Shown here: one piece after another, positions 8,810 to 17,307 of the stretch
How positions within the stretch are numbered: position 1 is the first letter of the stretch
Layout: each line of letters starts with the position of its first letter
Source: Desulfobacterales bacterium
GTDB taxonomy: Bacteria; Desulfobacterota; Desulfobacteria; Desulfobacterales; C00003060
NCBI GenBank assembly: GCA_030616475.1
Contig: JAUWXF010000002.1
Coordinates: 18-64,017 of the forward strand
Length of the DNA: 64,000 nt
Direction of reading: 5' to 3'
The notes under the pieces: model-generated
What the model was told of the DNA's origin: nothing
The model's input: only the letters and a program-made list of their open reading frames with translations
The model's database searches: none
Made by a program: the position numbers and the translations under genes

Positions 8810-10756
8810 ATGGCTAAGAACTATATTTATAGGATGGACCATGATACCGGATTTGCCCCTAACACAAAGTATGGCATTTGTACGTTAAGCGGGTGCATGA
8901 AGACGACTGTCGAGCTGAGGGCGGAAAAGGGGAGTTGGGTTGTTGGCATAGGTGGAAAAGGTACGGGAAAACCAGATAAGCTGATTTACGCAATGGAGGT
9001 AGAAGAGAATCTTCTATATTCTGAATTCAAAAAAAGGTATCCGCGGAAGAGCAAGTATTTAGCCCCGGAAAATGCAGGGAGCAACGTATTGATTTCAAGG
9101 AAGTATTACTATTTTGGGCATAATGCGATAGATCTGCCAACCAATCTAAAGCATATGATCTGGGATAGGCAAGGATCCAAATGCATTCCCGACGATGACA
9201 TAAACACCCTAAGAAAATATCTCTCAAAGAAAGGATATGATCACGGAATATGGGGAAAACCAAACAATATTAACTACACAAAATGTATGAATTCTTGCGT
9301 TAAGAATTGCCATGGTTTGGGTCAAAAGGGTTTAGCTCAAAGAAAACCAAGAGTGTCTTGGGATTCTGCGTCACAAGAGGTAGATGCGCATATTAAGCAG
9401 CTAAAATCGGACTACAAAAGATACAGAGAACCGATACGTTTCCGTTTTCGAGATACTTGTAGCCAGTGGCTTAAGAGATCTGACAAATATACCCATATGA
9501 TCCATAGCTATCCAGCTAAATTGTTACCATATATTCCCATCTTTTTCCTATTCGACCCGTCATATGAAAATAGAACCGGATACCTTCTTGATCCCTTCGC
9601 TGGGACTGGAACTGTTCTATTAGAGGGAGTTATTCATCCTTATCAAAGAATGAATTCCCTTGGTGTTGAGATCAATCCTCTGGCCAGATTAATTTCCAAA
9701 GTCAAAACAACCCCGCTAGATACAACAGTCCTTCAGGAGATGGCTAACGACCTAGTAACTGCCATCGAGACAACTCCCGGCCAATTTGAGGTACCACAAT
9801 TTCCCAATATAGATTTCTGGTTTAAGAAGAAAGCTCAGAGAGATCTCGCAAGAATAAGATATCACATCGACTGCCTCGAAGATTCGGATTACAAAGACTT
9901 TTTTTGGGTATGTTTTTCATCCATTATTCGCCGTTCTTCAATGGCCGATCCGAAGATTGCCCCTCCCATCATTCTGAAACCGATAGTTTTCTCTGACAAA
10001 AAGCAGACAGAAAGAGTCCGCAAACAAATCATGGAAAAACAGAAACCTGAACCCATAAATTATTTCGACGAGGAAATCAAAAAAAATATTAGACGTCTCG
10101 ACGAATTTTGCGCAGCGTTCGAAGACAGAACTGTCAGGAGCGAAATAGTCTGGGACGATGTCAGAACATTACAGAAAGGAAATTATGTTCACAAAGGCCA
10201 AATAGATAAGTCCAGTGCAACCTCGCTGTCAGGAGTTGATCTTGTCATAACTTCACCACCTTACATCAATGCGCAGAAATATATAAGGACTCTAAAATTC
10301 GAACTGTTCTGGCTGGGCCTAATAGATTATGAGGATCTTGCGGAGATGGATAAGCAGTTCATAGGGACAGAACGTATTTACACGGAAGAGTATTCCAAAA
10401 TGATTCAAGTCGGCGAAAAGATTGCGGACAGTACAATTAAAGAAATATATCAAACCAATAAGCGACGTGCCGGCATTGTGGGTACCTATTATCGAGATAT
10501 GGCGGTGGCCATGAAACAAATCTATGATGCTTTGAACTCGGGGGGGCGCTTCATCTTGGTTGTTGGCAATAATTTGGTGTGCGGCAAACGAGTACAGAAT
10601 CATCATGTACTGGCAAACATCGCGACTCAACAGATAGGTTTTGAGCTAGAATTCATTGCACGGGATGAGATCAAGTCTCGTGGCCTAATAACGAAAAGGC
10701 ATGAAACCTCTGCAATCATCTCTGACGAATGGATAATGGTTTTGAATAAGAATTAG
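8810..10756 (+). CDS. fusion protein: Nmad2-like N-terminal domain + N6-adenine/N4-cytosine DNA methyltransferase
   Basis: 648 aa. The N-terminus YRMDHDTGFAPNTKYGICTLSGC resembles the Y-x-x-x-D-x-GFAPNP...CTLA-CKP signature of Nmad2-type proteins (from memory). The methyltransferase part has HSYPAKLLPYIP, LLDPFAGTGT (AdoMet motif I) and, about 210 aa later, DLVITSPPY (motif IV). This gives the order I-TRD-IV. Confidence 0.8.
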   Translation: MAKNYIYRMDHDTGFAPNTKYGICTLSGCMKTTVELRAEKGSWVVGIGGKGTGKPDKLIYAMEVEENLLYSEFKKRYPRKSKYLAPENAGSNVLISRKYYYFGHNAIDLPTNLKHMIWDRQGSKCIPDDDINTLRKYLSKKGYDHGIWGKPNNINYTKCMNSCVKNCHGLGQKGLAQRKPRVSWDSASQEVDAHIKQLKSDYKRYREPIRFRFRDTCSQWLKRSDKYTHMIHSYPAKLLPYIPIFFLFDPSYENRTGYLLDPFAGTGTVLLEGVIHPYQRMNSLGVEINPLARLISKVKTTPLDTTVLQEMANDLVTAIETTPGQFEVPQFPNIDFWFKKKAQRDLARIRYHIDCLEDSDYKDFFWVCFSSIIRRSSMADPKIAPPIILKPIVFSDKKQTERVRKQIMEKQKPEPINYFDEEIKKNIRRLDEFCAAFEDRTVRSEIVWDDVRTLQKGNYVHKGQIDKSSATSLSGVDLVITSPPYINAQKYIRTLKFELFWLGLIDYEDLAEMDKQFIGTERIYTEEYSKMIQVGEKIADSTIKEIYQTNKRRAGIVGTYYRDMAVAMKQIYDALNSGGRFILVVGNNLVCGKRVQNHHVLANIATQQIGFELEFIARDEIKSRGLITKRHETSAIISDEWIMVLNKN

Positions 10757-10766
10757 TCGGATCATT

Positions 10767-11906
10767 ATGACCAGATACCCACATCTTTATCTATCGGATT
10801 GGCCATTCCATACAATTCCCGAGGAGCAATACTGTACGTTCATGGCAGATCGTGAGCAAATGAATCAGGATATCAATTTACTGCTCAGGAATTTCTCTCG
10901 AAGAGATCATTCCACCATCAACGTCATGTGGGCTTGGTATGGTGCGGGGAAAACGCATACCCTAAGATACTTAGCACATCGGTGCAGGAAACAAAACGTT
11001 ACATTTGTGCCGATTTACAACGAATTTCCAAGGGATACTCGCTCCTTCCTGGACTTGTACACAACCTTTGTAGAAAAAATAGACATTGAACTCATTCAGG
11101 ACTTCTACCTTGAAGTATTTACAAGCCCTCGAAAAAACGAAGCACAAAAAGCACTTCATCGTGACTATCCAGACCTTTCGAATGCGATGAAGGCCCTCTG
11201 TACGGAACGGGAAGACAAGGCAACCCTTGCCATGTATTGGTTACGTGCCCAAAATCTACCACTAAAGGATCTGAAGCAAATAAACATAACTAGCAGGATC
11301 GATAAAGCTGAGAAAGCTCTTAAAGTGATCGCATGGCTCGTTCAGTTGTTCAACTGGGCTCAATCGGCTGAACAAACTATTCCCGCAAGAATCATATGGA
11401 TGATTGACGAATTTCAAAGGATCACAGACCGCCGAGTGCCGGTACAGGAAGAAATTAAGGGTTGCTTACTATCTGTTTTCAATCGTTGCCCGAGGTCTTT
11501 TTCATTGTTTTTGTCTTTTTCTGGAAACCCGGGCAAAAAGATGCCGTCCTGGATGTCAAAAGATCTAGCAGACCGAATTGGTATAGAGAAGGTTCTGGTT
11601 CTACCGCCGCTAACATCAGCAGAAGCAGTCAAATTTGTTTCTGATGTTCTCAGTCATTACAGGGAACCTGGCAAAAGTCCTCCAGTATCAACATTTCCTT
11701 TTGACAATGAAGCTATTGAAACTATTGTGCACCTGCTCCAGAAAAAAACAGAGATCAAACCCAGGACAATCATGCAGGCATGCAACGCTGTTCTTGAAGA
11801 GGCAGACTTGTTAATTGAAGCTGGAAATATGAAAGTAATTGGTAAAGAATTCGCCGAGTCAATTTTAAAGGACAGAGTATTTATCGACACCGAAGATGAG
11901 GGGTAA
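10767..11906 (+). CDS. P-loop NTPase (ORC/Cdc6- or BrxD/DUF2791-like), paralogue 1
   Basis: 379 aa. Walker A is WYGAGKTHTLRYL and Walker B is IIWMIDEFQRI. The architecture and length match the ORF at 12711-13865. Confidence 0.75.
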   Translation: MTRYPHLYLSDWPFHTIPEEQYCTFMADREQMNQDINLLLRNFSRRDHSTINVMWAWYGAGKTHTLRYLAHRCRKQNVTFVPIYNEFPRDTRSFLDLYTTFVEKIDIELIQDFYLEVFTSPRKNEAQKALHRDYPDLSNAMKALCTEREDKATLAMYWLRAQNLPLKDLKQINITSRIDKAEKALKVIAWLVQLFNWAQSAEQTIPARIIWMIDEFQRITDRRVPVQEEIKGCLLSVFNRCPRSFSLFLSFSGNPGKKMPSWMSKDLADRIGIEKVLVLPPLTSAEAVKFVSDVLSHYREPGKSPPVSTFPFDNEAIETIVHLLQKKTEIKPRTIMQACNAVLEEADLLIEAGNMKVIGKEFAESILKDRVFIDTEDEG

Positions 11907-11918
11907 GGCGGTTCCACT

Positions 11919-12710
11919 ATGCCGGGACTTCTAGCAAGCGAAGTGTTAGGACAGCCGGGTGTCTTTAGCTTTCTTAAGGAACTACACACACTTCAGGCAA
12001 TACGAACGGATAAAGTCTCTGATCTATTACTCACCTCTGGGATCGAGATGCCGGCTCCTGTGTTTAACCAGTTGACCGAGATTAGTATCATTTTTGAAGC
12101 CGCTAACAAGTTCTATTTATCCCCTAAAGGCCACCAAATGTGGTGGCTTTTGCAAGCAATAAATGGGGGTAATTTAAAAGAAATTTTACAGCAGCTCAGA
12201 CAGCTGGATCCAACCCTTTTTCCTTACGAGATCGTTACCGAGGGAATGACTGCTGACTTCATACACGGCCTTGCCTCGCTCCCTTCGTTCAGAAGGGTGC
12301 TGATCTGTTCTCCTTGGGTCTATCTAAAACCGAAAGTATTACACAAATTTGCTTATGCTGTGTATAAAGCACAGGAAAGAAGTCCGGGAAATAAAGTTGA
12401 TGTGATTGTCATTGCTCGGCCCCTAAAACAGACGGATCCACAGTATGATAAGCGTTTCGAAGTCTTTCGCTCTCTAACCAGGATCGGGGTAGAAATCGTT
12501 TTGCATGAGAAGTTACATTCAAAACTATATATCCGAGACCCCGGAACTGCCGGGGGGGTCAGTCAGGCGATTTTTGGTTCGGAGAATCTAACTAGCAAAA
12601 GAAATATAGAGCTTGGCATACGGATAACTAACGATACTGTAATAATCAATAAACTTATAACGTACTTCTTCGAACGGTATTCCGAATGTACACCATTCAA
12701 GGAGGATTAA
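11919..12710 (+). CDS. phospholipase-D-family (single HKD) nuclease with an N-terminal helical/wHTH-like region
   Basis: 263 aa. LHSKLYIRD matches HxK(x)4D, and it is followed by GSENLT (the conserved GSxN). Single-HKD proteins such as Nuc and BfiI act as dimers. Confidence 0.8.
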   Translation: MPGLLASEVLGQPGVFSFLKELHTLQAIRTDKVSDLLLTSGIEMPAPVFNQLTEISIIFEAANKFYLSPKGHQMWWLLQAINGGNLKEILQQLRQLDPTLFPYEIVTEGMTADFIHGLASLPSFRRVLICSPWVYLKPKVLHKFAYAVYKAQERSPGNKVDVIVIARPLKQTDPQYDKRFEVFRSLTRIGVEIVLHEKLHSKLYIRDPGTAGGVSQAIFGSENLTSKRNIELGIRITNDTVIINKLITYFFERYSECTPFKED

Positions 12711-13865
12711 ATGGCTGCTAAGGTTGATATTCAGACGCGTTACCTTTTAAGGAGAGCCAACTTCGTTCTTAACCCACTGTCGGATGAGGATGCCGACTTC
12801 TTTGCAGATCGCACGGGAGTGAACGTAAGCAAGATAATCGAAGATCTGCAAATAGATCTTGCTACCGGCTTGCCTCCAAAAAGGATGTTGTGGGGGCCTT
12901 ACGGTGGTGGAAAAACTCACACGCTTCAACATACGATGAGAAAACTTTCATCACTCACACCTGTTCATCCTGTGTACGTTGAGTGCCCGGACCTTTCGAA
13001 ACGATCCTCTTTCCTTGAGCTTTACCGTGAAGGTTTTATGCGAGGTTGTGGCCAGGACTTCATCCTTTCACTTTTTGAACGGACCAGAGAAAATGTGGGT
13101 TATGCGAAAAGGGAGGAAGTCCTCCGAAAGTTACGGGAAGCACTCCTTGATGAGGAACTTGCAAAAGCTGTTGCAATTCTTACAGATCCATCGGAACAGA
13201 ACAAGCTTTTGTTATGGGCATGGTTCTCAGGCGTTCCAGTGCCTCGTGGTGATTTATCAGATCTTAGTCAGACGCAAGATTTAACGTCGGCTGAACCTGC
13301 CCGTCTTGCTAATTATATTACAATCATTGGAAAGCTTGTTCAGGATCTTGAACAAAAGACATTGATTCTCGTCTTGGATGAGATGGACCGCATCGGGTTT
13401 GTTGGGCCAGACAATATTGTCCAGTTCAGGACAGCATTCACTCGCCTAATGGATCCAAACCAAAAATATGTGTCCGTACTGTTAGGCCTATCAGCAAAAA
13501 ACTTCCCTGATCTACCAGACATATTTGGTGGTGGAGGTCCAATAGTTAGCCGTATAGGTCGAGATGCAATCCAGGAAGTGCCAATGCTGGACGATCTTGA
13601 TGTTGAACCTTTCATTAAAAAAATTATCGGATTTTTGCGTGTCCCTGGTGCTGATGTCAATTCACTAATTACGAGCGCAAAGGAACAGACAACCGAAGAG
13701 CTTTCAGAGGCCATTTTTCCGTTCACCAAAGAAGCAATAGAGGCAATAAAGGTCGGGGTGGGCCAGGAAATGACACCACGAGAGATCACACTGAAGATGA
13801 CACGAGCAGCTGGGAAAGCTCATAATTATGACAAGCCCCTTGTTACATCCGATTTGGTTGACTAA
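12711..13865 (+). CDS. P-loop NTPase (ORC/Cdc6- or BrxD/DUF2791-like), paralogue 2
   Basis: 384 aa. Walker A is WGPYGGGKTHTLQH and Walker B is LILVLDEMDRI. It starts on the base after the PLD gene stop. Confidence 0.75.
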   Translation: MAAKVDIQTRYLLRRANFVLNPLSDEDADFFADRTGVNVSKIIEDLQIDLATGLPPKRMLWGPYGGGKTHTLQHTMRKLSSLTPVHPVYVECPDLSKRSSFLELYREGFMRGCGQDFILSLFERTRENVGYAKREEVLRKLREALLDEELAKAVAILTDPSEQNKLLLWAWFSGVPVPRGDLSDLSQTQDLTSAEPARLANYITIIGKLVQDLEQKTLILVLDEMDRIGFVGPDNIVQFRTAFTRLMDPNQKYVSVLLGLSAKNFPDLPDIFGGGGPIVSRIGRDAIQEVPMLDDLDVEPFIKKIIGFLRVPGADVNSLITSAKEQTTEELSEAIFPFTKEAIEAIKVGVGQEMTPREITLKMTRAAGKAHNYDKPLVTSDLVD

Positions 13866-13888
13866 TTCCGATTCATAGGAAAGCAGAA

Positions 13889-15361
13889 ATGGAACAATTT
13901 CCGATCAAGCAATTCAGATTAAGACACGGCTATTCCTTCGATCAATCTTTAGGGGGACCGGAATTTCGAAAAGATAATATTCTTATAGCTGGAACGACAG
14001 ACGATAGCCCATTGGAAGCCATTTTTCTTGGTAAGTTGGCGGAATATGACAATATGAGGGCTAATGTCTGGCTCGACCTGAATGGAGCACACGCGATATA
14101 TATCATGGGAAAACGGAGGAGTGGTAAAACTTTCACTCTGGGTGGCATTGCAGAAAGCCTTGCTTCGTCACAATGGATCAAGCAAGGCACACAAAAACAA
14201 GCAATATTGCTACTTGACACGATGAACGTTTTTCTTACTATGCCGCACACTGTTGAAGAAGTGTTCGGAAAGAATAGCGCTGAAGGCAAAGAGTTAAAAC
14301 AATGGGGCATTCAATCGGAGGATCTTCCAATAAAGCTATTCTATCCGAAAGGAACGCCTGCCCCACCTGAGGGGCTGACTCAGGAATTATCACTCCGAGC
14401 CTGTGATCTAACAGGAGACGACTGGGCCTCACTGTTTGGTGTAGACACCTTCAGCGAACCGATCGGTCAGCTTTTGTCAGAACTGTATGATCGGGTTGCA
14501 ATCGAGGGTTACGAAACAGTTCAGGAAAAAACCGTTACTGCAAATACAAACTACAGCATCTCAGATTTACTGAGATGCCTTAACGAATGCGGTGAGATAC
14601 AAAGATTTGAATTCAGAACAATAGAAGCGGCTAGACGTTACTTAGGCGCGGTAAACCGTCTTCCGATATTCTCTGAAACAGGGATTAATATTCAAGAACT
14701 TTTTCAAGAAAATCAGGTGTCAACCGTCCTTCTTCGTGACTTGGATCACAACTTACGGGGTCTCATGATTGGCATAATTGTCAAGAAAATTATGGAACAC
14801 CGGAGCATCTCTGACAGATATGAGCGCCTGGCTGACATTTACAGTTCAAAATATGAAACCCTCAAGCAAGACAATCCAGAAAAGGCTAAGGAGGTGCTTC
14901 AAAAATTTGAGGAATATATGATCCTGGCAAAGAAAGGCCTTCCGCGGGGCTGGATAATCATCGATGAGGCACATAATTATCTTCCAGCTAAAGGTATCAT
15001 AGCCTCTCGTACCCCTTTGAAGAAATATGTGAACGAGGGCCGTAACCTTGGTCTATCGATTGTTGTGGCTACGCAACAACCATCAGGGCTTGACCCGGCA
15101 ATCCAACGTAATGCTGACATTCAAATCATACACTCCATGACTATGAGCGATGATATCCAGACGGCAGAGCGTATGATAAATACCTTCGTGCCAGAGTCAG
15201 TTGTTTATGATAATCGTGACCGTATTACCACTCGAGTTTTTGAAAAGATGATTCGCAGCCTTGATTTGGGATTTGCAGTTATTTCAAACGAAAGGATGAA
15301 TAGGGTCTTTCCCATCAAGGTTCGTCCGAGGATAACTGTTCATGGCGGGAAGAAATACTAA
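13889..15361 (+). CDS. HerA/FtsK-like (DUF87-type) ATPase
   Basis: 490 aa. Walker A is IMGKRRSGKTFTLGG and Walker B is WIIIDEAHNYLP. GRNLGLSIVVATQQPSGLDPAI is typical of HerA-like translocases. Confidence 0.75.
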   Translation: MEQFPIKQFRLRHGYSFDQSLGGPEFRKDNILIAGTTDDSPLEAIFLGKLAEYDNMRANVWLDLNGAHAIYIMGKRRSGKTFTLGGIAESLASSQWIKQGTQKQAILLLDTMNVFLTMPHTVEEVFGKNSAEGKELKQWGIQSEDLPIKLFYPKGTPAPPEGLTQELSLRACDLTGDDWASLFGVDTFSEPIGQLLSELYDRVAIEGYETVQEKTVTANTNYSISDLLRCLNECGEIQRFEFRTIEAARRYLGAVNRLPIFSETGINIQELFQENQVSTVLLRDLDHNLRGLMIGIIVKKIMEHRSISDRYERLADIYSSKYETLKQDNPEKAKEVLQKFEEYMILAKKGLPRGWIIIDEAHNYLPAKGIIASRTPLKKYVNEGRNLGLSIVVATQQPSGLDPAIQRNADIQIIHSMTMSDDIQTAERMINTFVPESVVYDNRDRITTRVFEKMIRSLDLGFAVISNERMNRVFPIKVRPRITVHGGKKY

Positions 15362-16458
15362 TGGAAATAAGACTTCTGCTGAAGACACATTATCAAATAA
15401 GCAAACCAGGCATTTTTTCAGTTCTTGTACGTAAATGTACCTCTGCGGATCAAAGTACTTACCCGGAAGTAATTTCGGAACGGCTAGCTAATATAAAGTT
15501 TGAAACCATTGCACTGAACAAGGAATCTGCCAAATTTGCAGTTGCCATGGCTCAGTCTTTTGGTTTCATTACAAGAAATATGTTTTGGGGCTGGAAAGGC
15601 CGTGCAATAAACATATTGCTCGAGGAAAGCCCAAGAGAAGAATCAGATGATTATCTTGACCTCACACCTGCGGAAAAGATACTTTATCTAAAATATTACT
15701 TGGAGGCTGACGGTGCAACGATACTTGAAATCTGCAGGAGGCTTAGGTCAAGGGGTAAAATATCCCGTAACGAACTGCTTTCGAGCGATTTTATTGACCA
15801 GATCTTTATTGGTGTCTGGGAGACTTATAGACAACTTGCATTAGATCTTAGCCAAAAGGTTCAACTAAGAGGGAATATACAAAAGCTTAAATCAAGACCG
15901 TATACTTTCAAAACGAGGATTCACAAAGCACTCGCACATGTGGCGCCGTTGGTAGATTTTGATTTTATTGAACGGAGAAAAGAAAGGAATGAAATAATCT
16001 TTGTCCCTAAAAGCAGTAATAGCTCGTCACCTATGGATAAGCTAACGCAAGAATTGGATACCATTGAAACTATGGAATGGCGATTTTCAAAGTTCCAACA
16101 TTTCGAAATAATTGGCAACATCTACGATTTGGAACCCGTTGGTTATGATTCAGATAGTCATACGGACTTGTTGCGCGAAAACATTATTAAAACCTATATA
16201 AAAGCGCGTACCGAACCATCCAAAATGGCCTCAATTGCAGTAATATCAGATGTAATTTCCGCAAAGTTTCTGGCAGAGAAAGGAATTTTGGTCGAAAGGC
16301 CGGATATTGAAATAGAATTAGACAGGTTAAAGTCAAACTATTCTCCCGATGTTCATTACCACGTAGATATGGGTGGGAAAAAGGCTTTCATCGTTCTTTC
16401 AGATAGGCTCTGCAACTCTGTCCATAAGTCTACAAAAACTTCGGCTAAAAGCAGGTAA
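15361..16458 (+). CDS. hypothetical protein (last gene of the operon; possible central wHTH)
   Basis: 365 aa. Its ATG overlaps the upstream TAA by 1 nt. I recognise no motif. LEADGATILEICRRLRSRGKISRNELL looks HTH-like. Confidence 0.6.
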   Translation: MEIRLLLKTHYQISKPGIFSVLVRKCTSADQSTYPEVISERLANIKFETIALNKESAKFAVAMAQSFGFITRNMFWGWKGRAINILLEESPREESDDYLDLTPAEKILYLKYYLEADGATILEICRRLRSRGKISRNELLSSDFIDQIFIGVWETYRQLALDLSQKVQLRGNIQKLKSRPYTFKTRIHKALAHVAPLVDFDFIERRKERNEIIFVPKSSNSSSPMDKLTQELDTIETMEWRFSKFQHFEIIGNIYDLEPVGYDSDSHTDLLRENIIKTYIKARTEPSKMASIAVISDVISAKFLAEKGILVERPDIEIELDRLKSNYSPDVHYHVDMGGKKAFIVLSDRLCNSVHKSTKTSAKSR

Positions 16459-16524
16459 ACGCGATATCAGCGACATTCCCAAAGTGTGCTTTGGGCAAAT
16501 TCTCTTATCTGCAAAACATTGAGG
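16443..16524 (+). other. degenerate attC-like site candidate
   Basis: GGCTAAA-A-GCAGGTAA ... TTATCTGC-AAAAC-ATTGAGG. The stem plus 5-nt bulge layout matches sites a-e, and the sequence is strikingly similar to site d. The outer TAAC/GTTA boxes are not conserved. It overlaps the stop codon of the preceding gene, as site d does. Confidence 0.3.
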
Positions 16525-17307
16525 AAAATATCCAGAACATCCACAAAACTTTAACGGAAACTTTGCATTAGCCTAATATTCTTTAAAAACAACAGGATAA
16601 ATAAGGATAACCAGTCTATGATAAAAGGCGCATTTATCTATTTTTCAAGCTTGGTTATCTCGGCTGAACAGATGGGGGCATTCGAGTTAGCGCGGTACAA
16701 TATTCCGGAAAAGATAATAGACTCCTGGATCAGCCAGATATACGATTGCGGATTGGGGATTGCGGATTTGACCCAACCACGTTAAGTAAACAGATCTCTA
16801 CCTGCCGATGCTTGGCGCTGGCGGGGCGGGTCAGGCGAACCCAGGCGGGCTCAGGCTAGACGGGCGGGTCGGCCAGGTATTGTCTGCGTGTTTCTGCGGT
16901 TGAAAAAAATGGCTCAGGAGCGAGATCAGAAACCACACCCTGACCACCGACGGAAAGATCATAGAAAACGACGGGTCCGGAAGCTATTGGCTCTCCGTTC
17001 CGCCACTGGCCCAGCCCCGAGGCTTGAAGGCTATTAGCTGCAGGCACATATGCACCAGGGCAGGCAGATAACGTAACCGTACATAAAGATAGCCTTTTGA
17101 AGGACTGGAATGCTGTGGTGAGGGAATTGGTGCAAAAGGTATAGTTTTGTAATGGTGTTGCCGTGTTGATATTTTCACGATATCCCAAGCTCTTGAAAAA
17201 TGCGTGCAGTGGCAACTTATGTGTAAACTTTTGAGAGATGAAAAGGTTCTGTGAGAGTATGTCATATCCGAACTTGTTTCGGTATGAACAAAAGGAGGTA
17301 GTGAGTT

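Noticed and set aside
16856-17215. 119-aa minus-strand ORF in the GC-richer patch upstream of the liv-type binding-protein gene
   Set aside because: It has no RBS and no recognisable domain, and it partly reads through repeat DNA. It could be a gene remnant, but I cannot support a call.
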